Position numbers and translations under genes: made by a program. 56,564 bases of DNA from Pseudomonadota bacterium (GTDB lineage: Bacteria; UBA10199; 2-02-FULL-44-16; JBDRGF01). Where the stretch lies: assembly GCA_043818055.1 (NCBI GenBank), contig JBDRGF010000003.1:1-56564 (forward strand). The letters are read 5' to 3'. The notes under the pieces are model-generated. The model saw nothing but the letters and a program-made list of their open reading frames with translations, was not told the DNA's origin and did no database searches. Below are positions 40,155 through 50,317 of this stretch, piece by piece. The first letter of the stretch is position 1. Every line of letters begins with the position of its first letter.

Positions 40155-43100
40155 TTATGTGGTTTTTTCTTTGTGGATGGCTAGTTTTGAGGCTAGCTGG
40201 GCGTATAGGCCTTTTAGATCGGGGGAGGTGTGAAGATAGTCTCTGCAATGATTGAGACAGAGGCTCGCTTGTTTTGAATCGCCCTTTTCCAGATATATCT
40301 CCATCTCCGTTCCGTAGATGCTGAACAGAAGCCTTGGATTGCTCTCGTGTTGTGTTTTGACCTCCTGCTTTGCGAGCTTCACGAATTTATTTGCCTCCTC
40401 AATATTTTTAGACTTGAGCTCGGCATCGGCTAGCATCGAATATATGCCGGGTCTGTATCTTTGAAGAATTCCCGCGTTTTTTCCCTTGCTGCTATCTATA
40501 TAATGAAGGCCAGTTGTGAGATATTCGATCTCCTCCCTGTATTTTCCGGCATGAACGAGGGTTTCTGTGAGCGATAGCATCCGCTCTACCATAGCAGTCA
40601 TATCGCCAAGCTGTGTGAAAATATTATAGCTCAATTTATGATGCTTGATCGCCTCCTGATAATTTCCGTTATAGTTATGATATGCTCCAAAGCCTCCGTG
40701 CAACCTTGCGAGAATTCTAGGCAGATGATATGTCGATGCCAGCTTGATTCCCGTCTGATAGTTCTGCAGAGCCAACTTACCAGACTTAACATCGCCAAGG
40801 ATATCGAGTTTTCTATATGTCTCCGCGATCAGATAATGCCTTAGCGCCATCTTTCTGAGATCGCCCTCCTGCTTTGCTAATGTGAGTTCCCTTTTAAATT
40901 CCTTAAGCGCACGTTTATAATCGGGCATCTTTCCACCACCATGCTGCGCCTGAATGAGCAAGGCCTGTCCATACTCGGTCTCCATTATCACTAGCTCCGA
41001 GTGAGATTGTAATACTTTCGTCATCTCGAGGATTCTCGTCATCTTGGATACGGCTGCTGCGGCATGACCGTTCAGAATATCAAGGTATGAGAGGAGCGAA
41101 TGAAATCTCATGAGCATCAATAACAGTTTTGATTTTTGAGAATTAAGCCTGGTCCTTTTCACATGATCACTCTTATAAGATAGATAGTCGTCATATACTT
41201 TAAGAAATGCATTGGGCTTGATGAGGCTCTTCACCGCATCGTTTGCAATTTTCTTCGCCTTGACAAGCTTTCTATCACGGGCGAAGAGCCATGAATACTG
41301 AAGATAAATCCTCGCCCTGTCAAACCAGCTTAACTTCGTGCTTTCGAGCTCTTTGAGTGCGTCGATCGCTTTGTCCATATCGGAAAGATTTGCGTACTCC
41401 CGACTCATAGCGATCATGAGATCGACTCTCTCCTCAAGAGGTGTCTTTGGAAAGTCATCCAGAAGATTCGTTATATATTTTATCGTCTTTTGTGATTTGC
41501 ATTCCTTCCTTGAATAATCGATCAGACGGCGCAATGCCGGCAGCATCTTCGCCTTAACACTTCCTCTGGCCATGTGATAATCAAGATCGTTTAGACTAGC
41601 TTTTCGTTTTTTCAGAAAAGAACCTATTGCGTCATGAAGCAGCTTCCTATCCTCCTTCGGCAAGCTCGATCTGATGACATTCCTGATAGTTGAATTAACA
41701 AATCCGATCGTATTATTTTCATAATTATTAAAAAGCTGCGATGAAATTAATTCATCCATCAACAAAGAAATTTTATCCACTAAACTACAAGTTTTTTTAT
41801 AGAGCGACACCTTATTAGCCTTTTGAGATTTAGAAAGATCCTTAAGAAAAAGGATCAGTTGATCTTTTTTAATCTTATCATTCCAACATGAAATAACGAA
41901 TGAGAGCAATCTCCCCTCTTTCGACAGGCTGTGATATTGAGAGCTGATGAGCTCTCTTAAAGATTTTGGAGTTGCGATATTTGAAAAATCAAATCCGATG
42001 CTTTTGAGCACTTCGATATTTGGACGTCTGTCCGAACCAAAGAGCTTTCCCGATTTAATGGCCTGTTTGAAAAGATCCGACATAACCTGAGGTGTTCCGT
42101 TGGTGAGAGAGGTCAGCTCCTTAACATAAACGTCGTCGGGCTTTGCACCGAAAAGAAACTCAAGATAATCCCTTGTCTCGCTGATCGAAAGAGGTGGAAG
42201 ATTTATAAATTTCGTAAATTCTTCGGTAAGCCAGAGATTTTTTGTAAGTTCATGCATCTCACAACGCGTGGGATTGTAGGTCATCACAAGGATTGCCCGT
42301 GATTTATAGTCGGAGAGGTTTGTGAGCTTTCGTTGTATTTTCATCCTCGCAATCAGATTATGAAGTCTGTCTACAAATTCCTTTCTGAGTTTTTCAGGAA
42401 AGGAATCCTCAAATATCATATCGACATCGTCGATAAGAATCGCGTGGGAATGTCCATATGGTATATCGTCGAGCAGTTTTTTTATACCTGCAGAATCGAT
42501 CTTTTCACAGCCCATAAATTCAGCTGAGAATTCCTGATGCTGAACAAAGGGCTTGATCTTCTTTAAAATCGTCGTTTTACCCATTCCATTGGCAGCAGCA
42601 ATACAGACGATCGGCTTTGAAAAATCTTTGCCTTGTGCGACATCCAGAATCGTCGATTCAATGATCGTCCTCTCCTGCGCGCGTCCGATATATGTAGGAA
42701 TATATGAATAGTATGTTTCAAGCGACGCAGGTTTTTGTTGTGACATGCGAATATAAAGCGATTCGGTCGCTTCGAGAGTAGAGGCGTAGCGATTCTTCGG
42801 ATCGAATTCCATCATTCGCATGATCACATCTTCGAGATATCGGGGAATCTTTGGTTCGATAAGAGAGGGTTTGTGAATCTTTATTCTCTTATTTTTAGGA
42901 AGATTCGGATTTAATCTGAGGTGCTGAAGCATAGTGGCAACGTTGTCCAGCTTTCCATTTTCGTCCAAAACAGCAAATGGAAGAACTCCTGTCAGGACAG
43001 CATAGAAAGTGACTCCAAGTGAATAGATATCGCTTCTATGATCAGGCTCAGGAAGCTCAACCTTCAATAGATCAGGGTCGATTCCAGCATATTTTTCCGG

Positions 43101-43697
43101 ATCGCTTTGAATTCTCCTGATGATATTCTCGGGAGGCATGTAATTGGCCGTTCCGCCGGGTTTGGGCGGCGCACATATCGTCGTGAGGCCGAAATCGATG
43201 AGCTTGATGTCGTGGTTATTCTCTTCTCCCACCAACAAAAAATTCTGTGGTTTTATGTCGAGATGTAAAAGGCCATGATTGTTGAGATATGTGAGTGCCC
43301 TTAGCGATTCGATCAGGAGTTTTTCAACCTCAGGGATGTTGAGTTTTCCTATCTTTCTTTTTAAATCCCCTCCCGGAAGATATTCCATTGTAAAATAATA
43401 TATGCCGTTAATTTCGTCATATCCGAAATCATAAATCCTGGCGATGTCGGGATGGGAGAGTTTGTGCATGGTAGCAAACTCCCTCTTGAAAAGCGCCTTG
43501 ATATGGTTGCCGGGCTTGGTCGGTGAGAGCTTAAGAACCTTAAGAGCTACCTTTTCGCCATTTTTATCCTGCGCCAGATAGACAATTCCGCTTCCCCCTG
43601 ATGAGAGACGGGAGAGTAAAGAATACCGATTGTCGATAAGTTTTCCGGCAGTGAAAAGGTCCTGAAGCTTTTGTTCAAAAGGATCATTTATGGACAT
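40155..43697 (-). CDS. Ser/Thr protein kinase with P-loop NTPase and C-terminal TPR-like helical region
   Basis: GGSGIVY, VALK, HLDIKPQN, DFG, GT.NYMPPE, DIYSLG; ANGMGKTT Walker A-like, ILIDD Walker B, GTP (GxP) motif; helical repeats. Confidence 0.9.
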   Translation of the reverse strand: MSINDPFEQKLQDLFTAGKLIDNRYSLLSRLSSGGSGIVYLAQDKNGEKVALKVLKLSPTKPGNHIKALFKREFATMHKLSHPDIARIYDFGYDEINGIYYFTMEYLPGGDLKRKIGKLNIPEVEKLLIESLRALTYLNNHGLLHLDIKPQNFLLVGEENNHDIKLIDFGLTTICAPPKPGGTANYMPPENIIRRIQSDPEKYAGIDPDLLKVELPEPDHRSDIYSLGVTFYAVLTGVLPFAVLDENGKLDNVATMLQHLRLNPNLPKNKRIKIHKPSLIEPKIPRYLEDVIMRMMEFDPKNRYASTLEATESLYIRMSQQKPASLETYYSYIPTYIGRAQERTIIESTILDVAQGKDFSKPIVCIAAANGMGKTTILKKIKPFVQHQEFSAEFMGCEKIDSAGIKKLLDDIPYGHSHAILIDDVDMIFEDSFPEKLRKEFVDRLHNLIARMKIQRKLTNLSDYKSRAILVMTYNPTRCEMHELTKNLWLTEEFTKFINLPPLSISETRDYLEFLFGAKPDDVYVKELTSLTNGTPQVMSDLFKQAIKSGKLFGSDRRPNIEVLKSIGFDFSNIATPKSLRELISSQYHSLSKEGRLLSFVISCWNDKIKKDQLILFLKDLSKSQKANKVSLYKKTCSLVDKISLLMDELISSQLFNNYENNTIGFVNSTIRNVIRSSLPKEDRKLLHDAIGSFLKKRKASLNDLDYHMARGSVKAKMLPALRRLIDYSRKECKSQKTIKYITNLLDDFPKTPLEERVDLMIAMSREYANLSDMDKAIDALKELESTKLSWFDRARIYLQYSWLFARDRKLVKAKKIANDAVKSLIKPNAFLKVYDDYLSYKSDHVKRTRLNSQKSKLLLMLMRFHSLLSYLDILNGHAAAAVSKMTRILEMTKVLQSHSELVIMETEYGQALLIQAQHGGGKMPDYKRALKEFKRELTLAKQEGDLRKMALRHYLIAETYRKLDILGDVKSGKLALQNYQTGIKLASTYHLPRILARLHGGFGAYHNYNGNYQEAIKHHKLSYNIFTQLGDMTAMVERMLSLTETLVHAGKYREEIEYLTTGLHYIDSSKGKNAGILQRYRPGIYSMLADAELKSKNIEEANKFVKLAKQEVKTQHESNPRLLFSIYGTEMEIYLEKGDSKQASLCLNHCRDYLHTSPDLKGLYAQLASKLAIHKEKTT

Positions 43698-43751
43698 ATT
43701 AAAACTTCTTATAAACTATTTGGGAATGTTTGCCAATGAATAAAAAACAAA

Positions 43752-43842
43752 GGCACATATAGCATATGGCATATAGTATATGGTGAAGACCTCCATAAAC
43801 TGGCTTTTGACCATATGCCATATACTATATGCTATATGCGCC
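43752..43842. repeat. Long imperfect inverted repeat of 7-nt units; probable terminator of the rpsA operon
   Basis: ggcacatatagcatatggcatatagtatatggt ... accatatgccatatactatatgctatatgcgcc. Confidence 0.75.
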
Positions 43843-43849
43843 GTTGCTT

Positions 43850-44227
43850 TTATTTCTTAAGAATTCCTTGAAATTCGGAGGCGTGTCCGGAAAGGTCGCT
43901 TGATTTTTCTTTGTTGTAGAGGCTTCTCGATAGAGTTAGCTCCCTTTCGAGCTGACGGATTTTCCTGTTCTTCGCCCTGATCTCCAACGTCTTAAAAAAT
44001 GATGGAAGGGCTTCGAGCAGCGCGATGATTATCATGCCCGCTGAAAAAGAGATCAGAAGTACAAAACCGACAGGTAATGGCACAGATTGTAATGAGAAAA
44101 GATAAGGGACTGCGAATTTAAACACCAGCCGATAGTTCAGAGTTGTGGCGTCGAGATTGCAATAGATCAGGTTAAGGATAATAAACAATATCAACGCCAT
44201 TACTATCGCGAAAATTAATTTTTTCAT
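43850..44227 (-). CDS. LapA/DUF1049-like small membrane protein
   Basis: Two TM helices with N and P-VGFVLL.SF.AG pattern, then coiled coil NRKIRQLEREL; downstream of ihfB. Confidence 0.7.
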   Translation of the reverse strand: MKKLIFAIVMALILFIILNLIYCNLDATTLNYRLVFKFAVPYLFSLQSVPLPVGFVLLISFSAGMIIIALLEALPSFFKTLEIRAKNRKIRQLERELTLSRSLYNKEKSSDLSGHASEFQGILKK

Positions 44228-44240
44228 TTTTCCCCCAAAA

Positions 44241-44735
44241 CTATTGAAAACTTTTTACTAAATGATCATAAGTCTCTTCAAGATATTGTGGCATCGACCT
44301 CGTCTCACCCAACACCGGAAAAAAGTTATGATCGCCATTCCAGCGCGGGACCAGATGAAAGTGAATATGCCCCTCAATACCGGCGCCGGCTACCCTCCCG
44401 AGATTAAAGCCTGCATTGAAGCCATCTGCCTTAATTTCGGTCTTCAAAATATCAGTCGCCCTGCCTGTCAGAGAGATCATCTCGCTTCCCTCTTCAGGAG
44501 TGAGCTCAGATAAATTTCCAATGTGTCGATAGGGGACTATCATCATATGGCCGTTGTTATAGGGATACCGATTAAGCACTATATAACAGGTTTTCCCCCG
44601 TTTTAACACCAATGACGCCCTATCATCTTTTGATTTATTCAAAGAGCAAAAGAGGCACTCCTTATATTTGTCCTGAGTGAGGTCCTTGATAAATTCCATT
44701 CGCCAGGGAGCCCACAACCTATCCACGATTGACAT
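44241..44735 (-). CDS. HIT family hydrolase (FHIT/Ap4A phosphorylase-like)
   Basis: LWAPWRM, CLFC, LNRYPYNNGH, HIHFHLVPRW.GD. Confidence 0.93.
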   Translation of the reverse strand: MSIVDRLWAPWRMEFIKDLTQDKYKECLFCSLNKSKDDRASLVLKRGKTCYIVLNRYPYNNGHMMIVPYRHIGNLSELTPEEGSEMISLTGRATDILKTEIKADGFNAGFNLGRVAGAGIEGHIHFHLVPRWNGDHNFFPVLGETRSMPQYLEETYDHLVKSFQ

Positions 44736-45000
44736 TCTCCTTCAGCTCTTTCCCCACCTTGAAGAAAGGAACCTTTCTCGTTCCAACTTTAACAGTCGTG
44801 CCGGTCTTTGGATTTCTGCCCATCCTCGGCTGACGAACTCTCACTTCAAAGCTTCCGAAGCCTCTTATTTCAATCCTGTCACCTGACTTCAAAGCATCAG
44901 TCATGCTGTCAAATATCGTGTTGACAATTACCTCGACATCTCTTGAAGAGAGCGTTGATAATTTCTTTCCTAAAGTCTCGATCAAATCACTTTTATTCAA
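44719..45000 (-). CDS. ihfB: Integration host factor subunit beta
   Basis: KSDLIE, GDRIEIRGFGSF, GRNPKTG, VPFFKVGKELKE.VN; rpsA-sppA context; TTG start with GGAGG RBS. Confidence 0.92.
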   Translation of the reverse strand: MNKSDLIETLGKKLSTLSSRDVEVIVNTIFDSMTDALKSGDRIEIRGFGSFEVRVRQPRMGRNPKTGTTVKVGTRKVPFFKVGKELKENVNRG

Positions 45001-45012
45001 TTTCTCCTCCTT

Positions 45013-45900
45013 TCATCTCACACTTAAAATGTTAGCCTGCCATAAACGCGGAGCGCTGACCTTGAACTGGGCCATGACAGATTTAATTTCTCCAAAAATA
45101 CCCAAAAGTTCCGAGTAATCAAACTGATTCTTATATTTAGCAAGAACAGGCTCCTCTATACCTCCCAGCTCTCCAGCGAGAGCAAGCGCACGAGTGAGCC
45201 CCCCGAGATCATCGATAAGGCCGAGTTCCTTAGCCTTGAGTCCTGTAAAGACGCGGCCATCGGCGAGCTTATCTATCTGATCCATCGGCATATTGCGAGA
45301 TAGAGCTACAGCCTGTTTGAACTGGTTGTGAATATCGTCGAGCATATCCTGAAGAATAGCCCTTTCCTCCGGAGTGAGCTCGCGCAAAGGTGATCCGATA
45401 TCTTTATACTTCCCGCTCTTCAATGTCTGTTGTTTGATCTTGGCCCAGTCGAGAAGGCCTGATATTTGAACGTGCTCCATCCTGACACCGATGGAACCGG
45501 TTATGGTGCCTGCATCGGCGATGATCTTGTTCGCTCCCAACGCGACATAATAGCCACCAGAGGCCGCGACATTCGACATGGACGCGACAACTGGTTTTTT
45601 CTCTTTTAACTTTAAGATTGCCTCGAGGATCTCCTGGCTTGCAGCCACAGATCCACCGGGGGAGTCGATGCGCAGGATAACCGCCTTGATGGCTTCATCC
45701 GACCCTGCTTGTTCAATTCTCCCGATGATCTCATCAGGAAATATCAGGGTCTCGGAGACTTCGATCAGGGCTACGTTCCCCTGCTCGAAATTATTATTCA
45801 CACCAACGCCTATAGCCGACAGGCAGCCGACAAATCCAAAAAGAAAGGCCAGACAGAAGATTCCCAATATAATTGTTATTGCCCATCCTCTCCTGCTCAT
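45013..45900 (-). CDS. sppA: Signal peptide peptidase SppA (S49, short form)
   Basis: LRIDSPGGSV, AASGGYYVA, TGSIGV, KSGKYKD, DGRVFTG. Confidence 0.95.
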   Translation of the reverse strand: MSRRGWAITIILGIFCLAFLFGFVGCLSAIGVGVNNNFEQGNVALIEVSETLIFPDEIIGRIEQAGSDEAIKAVILRIDSPGGSVAASQEILEAILKLKEKKPVVASMSNVAASGGYYVALGANKIIADAGTITGSIGVRMEHVQISGLLDWAKIKQQTLKSGKYKDIGSPLRELTPEERAILQDMLDDIHNQFKQAVALSRNMPMDQIDKLADGRVFTGLKAKELGLIDDLGGLTRALALAGELGGIEEPVLAKYKNQFDYSELLGIFGEIKSVMAQFKVSAPRLWQANILSVR

Positions 45901-45917
45901 TCATCCGCTCCTTTCAG

Positions 45918-47525
45918 CTATTCAGCAGCCGGCTCAGGCTCAGGCTCTTTAACTGAATTGACTGAGAGGTAGAAATGCCGCTCGTCTGGAGCAAGCGTTT
46001 CCACCTTGATTTCTATCTCTTCACCCTCTTTAAGATCCTTGGGCACTTTTGATTTAGGTATCAATCCTTCGACGCCCTCTTCCAACTCGACGACCGCACC
46101 GGCTTTGCTCAGTTTAAGAAGCTTACCCTTGCCGGTGTAACCCTCTTTATAATTTTTATTGATGACATCCCACGGATCATCCTTGAGCTGCTTTAGCCCA
46201 AGAGAAAAACGCTCCTTATCCGGATCGATGTGGAGCACGACAGCTTCAACTTCATCGTTTTTGCTGTATGCCTCTGCGGGAGATTCAAAATTCTGGACCC
46301 AGTCGAGATCAGAGATGTGAACCATGCCATCGATCTCGGCACCGACATCCACAAACACACCGAAATCGGCGATATTCCTGATCGTTCCTTTAACCTTGCT
46401 CCCAATCGGATATTTATTTTCGAGATCCTCCCACGGATTCGGCTGAATCTGCTTCAAACCGAGTGAGATACGCTTGTTGTCGAGATCGATATCGAGAACT
46501 ATTGCATCGACTTCGCCTCCGACCGACAAGATCTTAGATGGGTGTTTTAGCTTTTTGGTCCAGCTCATCTCCGAGATATGAACCAAGCCTTCGACTCCAT
46601 CTGTGAGGGCGACAAATGCTCCGTAATCGGTCAGGCTCACTACTTTTCCATGAACACGCGAGCCGACTGCAAATTTGTCTTCAACGTTGAGCCATGGATC
46701 CTGCTGAAGCTGCTTCATGCCGAGGCTCACCTTATTGTTCTCTTTATCGAATTTTAGAATGACGACGCGGATATGATCACCTACCTTGAAAAAATCGGTT
46801 GGATGACCGACCCTGCCCCACGAGATATCAGTGACATGCAGGAGACCATCGACTCCGCCAAGATCGACGAATACGCCATAGTCGGCGATATTCTTGACCA
46901 CTCCGTCGAATACCTGTCCTTCGGAGAGGTTGGCTAAAGTATCAGCCCTCATCGTCTTTCTCTCCTCTTCCAGAATCGCCTTTCTCGAGAGCACGACATT
47001 GCCGCGGCGTTTGTTCAACTTGATGATCTTGAATTTTCCTACCATACCGATAAAATCATCCATGTTTCGCACCGGCCTTAAATCAAGCTGGGAACCGGGC
47101 AGGAAGGCCTTTACACCGATATCTACAACCATGCCCCCCTTGACCTTTGAAACAATCGTTCCTTCGATGATGCCGTCTTCCTTTTCGAGGGTTTCAAGTG
47201 TTTCCCAAACCTTTAGGCCATCAGCTCTCTCTTTCGAAAGAAGTACATGACCGTGCTTGTTCTCAACCTCTTCAAGCAGAACGTCGATTGTATCACCGAC
47301 ATTAACTTTCAATTCACCTGTGGGGGTTCTGAATTCGTTGATATCGACATGACCTTCGGATTTAAAACCGATATCGACGAGCACGTAATCACGCTGTACT
47401 GCAATCACCTTTCCTTTCACAATCTGCCCGGGAACAAAACTAACCTCGCTCGATCCCTGGGCAAAAAGCTTTCCAAACTCACTTTGAAGCTGCTCTTGCG
47501 TTGGTTCAATTTTTACTGGACACAT
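45918..47525 (-). CDS. rpsA: 30S ribosomal protein S1
   Basis: Six S1 repeats; VDIGFKSEG, AFLPGSQ, YGVFVDLGGVDGLLH, EGLVHISEMSW. Confidence 0.97.
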   Translation of the reverse strand: MCPVKIEPTQEQLQSEFGKLFAQGSSEVSFVPGQIVKGKVIAVQRDYVLVDIGFKSEGHVDINEFRTPTGELKVNVGDTIDVLLEEVENKHGHVLLSKERADGLKVWETLETLEKEDGIIEGTIVSKVKGGMVVDIGVKAFLPGSQLDLRPVRNMDDFIGMVGKFKIIKLNKRRGNVVLSRKAILEEERKTMRADTLANLSEGQVFDGVVKNIADYGVFVDLGGVDGLLHVTDISWGRVGHPTDFFKVGDHIRVVILKFDKENNKVSLGMKQLQQDPWLNVEDKFAVGSRVHGKVVSLTDYGAFVALTDGVEGLVHISEMSWTKKLKHPSKILSVGGEVDAIVLDIDLDNKRISLGLKQIQPNPWEDLENKYPIGSKVKGTIRNIADFGVFVDVGAEIDGMVHISDLDWVQNFESPAEAYSKNDEVEAVVLHIDPDKERFSLGLKQLKDDPWDVINKNYKEGYTGKGKLLKLSKAGAVVELEEGVEGLIPKSKVPKDLKEGEEIEIKVETLAPDERHFYLSVNSVKEPEPEPAAE

Positions 47526-47594
47526 TCTCTTTATTCCTCCTTATTTTTCCTTTAAATTTGCAAGGTTAGGATAGATTTCCTTGCATGAGGGCGC

Positions 47595-47623
47595 ACCATA
47601 ATTACAGGTGCTGATTTTGTCAA
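47595..47623 (-). promoter_or_regulatory. Sigma-70 promoter of rpsA
   Basis: Minus strand TTGACA-N17-TATGGT. Confidence 0.7.
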
Positions 47624-47744
47624 AGGATTTCTTTTGTTTTTTAGTAGGTTAGGTTCGCCTCGATTGAAGGGGTTAAACCGATGCTTAAAATAGTAGCTGT
47701 TTTCCTGAAATTTTGGGCTGAAAGTGTGGGTATAATTGCAAAGT

Positions 47745-48125
47745 CTATTGCAGCACCTTGTGCAGCGCGCCGAATAGCTCTTCCCTATTGAGCGGCTTTT
47801 CGAGTATCTCGATGTTTTCAATCTTGGTAAGGGTTTCCAGTACACTTCTTTCTAAAACTGAAACGACGATTACAGGAATGTGTTTCGTGCTCTCATGAGC
47901 CCTGAGATGGATAAAAAAGGCATCTCCGCTCATAGGCTCCATGATGATATCAAGTATGATCAGATCGTATTTTTTGGGATCTTTGCACACCTTGTCGAGT
48001 GCTGAACAGGCGTCCGAATCGATATCAATCTCGTAGCCTGATTCTGTAGAGAACATATCTCTATAGATAGACTGCATATCTTCGCTATCTTCAACTATCA
48101 AAATCTTCTTTTTTTCCCCCGCCAT
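47745..48125 (-). CDS. Single-domain response regulator (CheY-like)
   Basis: ILIVEDS, DLIILDIIMEPMSG, IPVIVVS, LEKP; start moved to MAGEKK. Confidence 0.9.
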   Translation of the reverse strand: MAGEKKKILIVEDSEDMQSIYRDMFSTESGYEIDIDSDACSALDKVCKDPKKYDLIILDIIMEPMSGDAFFIHLRAHESTKHIPVIVVSVLERSVLETLTKIENIEILEKPLNREELFGALHKVLQ

Positions 48126-48272
48126 AAATCGGAAAGTAATAGATTGGGGCAAAAAACTCAACAGAAAAGAGTCTGATCTTTGGATACAGGTCAATGATGT
48201 TTAAACAAAAATAAAAGTTTTTTATTAGTGCGGAGGAGACTATTTCCGAAGTCGTTTGTATATCGAATTATT

Positions 48273-48334
48273 GTAGGGGCGGTTCGCGAACCGCCCGAAA
48301 AAACAATTAGGGCAGGTTTTAAACCTGCCCCTAC
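48273..48334. repeat. Inverted pair of GTAG-type REPs (REPIN-like)
   Basis: GTAGGGGCGGTTCGCGAACCGCCC ... GGGCAGGTTTTAAACCTGCCCCTAC. Confidence 0.82.
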
Positions 48335-48374
48335 AAAAAAAACAAATAACGGATTCCGACAACAGCATCCCAGA

Positions 48375-49712
48375 TCAATTATGATCTGCGCTGTGTTTTT
48401 CGACGAGGCTTTCTGTATATTCGTAAAGATCCTGCATATCTCCTGCGAGGTCAAACTTCGAATCACAGATCGTTCCGGAAATTTTCACTGCGCTATCTCC
48501 TTTTAATGATATGGATAGATTGAGTTCAATAGGCTCTATACAATTCGAGTTATCGCTGATGCCTGTATTACCAGATTTCAAAATCAGCAAAAGCATAGCT
48601 GTCAACTTATCAAATTCGCTATCATTTAATAGCACGGACCAATCGGAGTTCACTTGTGGCGCTTCGGGAGAATCTCCAGGGCCTACGTATGAATAATGCA
48701 GAGATCTATCCCCGCTGACTGTCATGCTCTTTTCCTGTTTCTCGTGATTGCTTGTGGTAGTTTCGACAAATGTAAAATTATCGAGTTCAGTTGTTGTATT
48801 CTCCGTATTATTTGATGCACTCTCTGTCTCACCTGATGCCACGACGCTATGATCACCTGATCTGTATTTTATGACCAACTCTTTCATTTTCGCAACAAGC
48901 TCATCGACTTCTTCCGGCGCATCACTCATACATTCATCATCCAACGTGAAAACGACTAAGCTTGAATTGGGAGCGATGAAAGTGACCTTAGTCGGCTGTG
49001 TTATATTTGCAGAGCAAAAGATCTGTCCCAAAAGAGAATAATCGAGGGCTTCATCAAGAAGACGATCGATCTTTGTAAGTTCGTCATTTGCAATCGTCAC
49101 AGACCAGGCTTCATTGTGAAGACTATCTGTAACTTTCATAACACCGTCATCATCTACGGATGCAACTACTTCAGAAAAACCCTCTGCTAATGGATCACCA
49201 AAATTGACTTCCAGGTTTCCGAGTTGGAACAGTCCTGACCTCTCTGCAACAATCTCATCATTCTCATATCCTTCACTCAGGTCGATCATGTAATCGACTA
49301 AATCTTCAACTTCTGAGAGTTCTATATTTGCGATGTCACACATCGCGAATGTAATCGTTTTTTCTTTACCTGACTCGGTTGCCAGCCTTAGGCTTGAAGG
49401 ACTCACTCCCACGCAACCCGTATCAATATTATCCGGCAAAGTCACCGGATCTGCTGCGTTTATCAATACCTCAAGGGCATCCATCTCCGCAGGAGAGACT
49501 GTCCCCTTCCAGACAGTTTTACTCTTCACATTAAAATCCTCATTCTCCACTTCAGTGATCTGTATCGAGCGATCTGAGTTGATTGTGATCTCTGTGCTCT
49601 CCGAATCGGGAGAGACAGCCCCTCCAATGTATAGAGTGACAGACGCAAGCCTCTCAATACATCCGAAAGAGAAGAGTGAAAGTGTTGCCAAGACCAATAC
49701 GACTTTTCTCAT
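48375..49712 (-). CDS. Acidic lipoprotein with about three divergent internal repeats
   Basis: Lipobox SFG-C; three segments each with S/D-DR/G, W.V....E...L..L and a Cys pair. Confidence 0.75.
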   Translation of the reverse strand: MRKVVLVLATLSLFSFGCIERLASVTLYIGGAVSPDSESTEITINSDRSIQITEVENEDFNVKSKTVWKGTVSPAEMDALEVLINAADPVTLPDNIDTGCVGVSPSSLRLATESGKEKTITFAMCDIANIELSEVEDLVDYMIDLSEGYENDEIVAERSGLFQLGNLEVNFGDPLAEGFSEVVASVDDDGVMKVTDSLHNEAWSVTIANDELTKIDRLLDEALDYSLLGQIFCSANITQPTKVTFIAPNSSLVVFTLDDECMSDAPEEVDELVAKMKELVIKYRSGDHSVVASGETESASNNTENTTTELDNFTFVETTTSNHEKQEKSMTVSGDRSLHYSYVGPGDSPEAPQVNSDWSVLLNDSEFDKLTAMLLLILKSGNTGISDNSNCIEPIELNLSISLKGDSAVKISGTICDSKFDLAGDMQDLYEYTESLVEKHSADHN

Positions 49713-49911
49713 AAATCCTCCTAAAAATTTTTTACCCTGAAATAAGGTGTTTGATATGTTAGTGAACTATTATCGTCTTTCGGCTACGTTTGTTGCTAAA
49801 AAAATGCGTTTTTTGATTTGGAAACTAAAATATGGATACCGCTATCTTGTTCTCCGTGCTTTCGAGCCTGTCATCGAAGTGCAATTTGTGAAAAAATAAT
49901 CATATCTAAGT

Positions 49912-50003
49912 GTAGGGGCAGGTTTTTCCGCCAGAGGCGGATCAGCCTTTGGTTGAAAACCTGCCCTAGTCCGTTCTCGGGCGGGTTTGAAACCCGCCCC
50001 TAC
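49912..50003. repeat. Inverted pair of GTAG-type REPs with a nested second palindrome
   Basis: GTAGGGGCAGGTTTT-[CCGCCAGAGGCGGATCAGCCTTTGGTTG]-AAAACCTGCCC ... GGGCGGGTTTGAAACCCGCCCCTAC. Confidence 0.82.
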
Positions 50004-50065
50004 AAAAATTCGACACATATCCGACTTCGGCAACAGGCGGATGACATTTGGAAATTAAAGGATTT

Positions 50066-50314
50066 TTAGAGGTTCATGAGGGAGAATTTTTCAGATCTTG
50101 AAAGGCTTTTGATCTCATTTTCGCGCTTTAGAGCGGCGGATCTGCCCTTGCATCTCTCAGAATAGAGAAGGCCGAGGACTTTTCGGCTCCTCGTGTATTT
50201 CGCACCCTTTCCCGATTTATGCTTTTCGATCCTCGATTCCAGATCGTTTGTGCTGCCTGTGTAAAGGGTATCGTCTCCACACTGCAATATATAGACATGC
50301 CATTCTGGTTTCAT
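50066..50314 (-). CDS. GIY-YIG nuclease family protein (UPF0213/YhbQ-like)
   Basis: VYILQCGDDTLYTGSTNDLESR..KH..GKGAKYTRSR, ALKRENEIK. Confidence 0.93.
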   Translation of the reverse strand: MKPEWHVYILQCGDDTLYTGSTNDLESRIEKHKSGKGAKYTRSRKVLGLLYSERCKGRSAALKRENEIKSLSRSEKFSLMNL

Positions 50315-50317
50315 GTG

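Noticed and set aside
47552..47845. ORF upstream of rpsA
   Set aside because: It overlaps the response regulator and the rpsA promoter and has no motif
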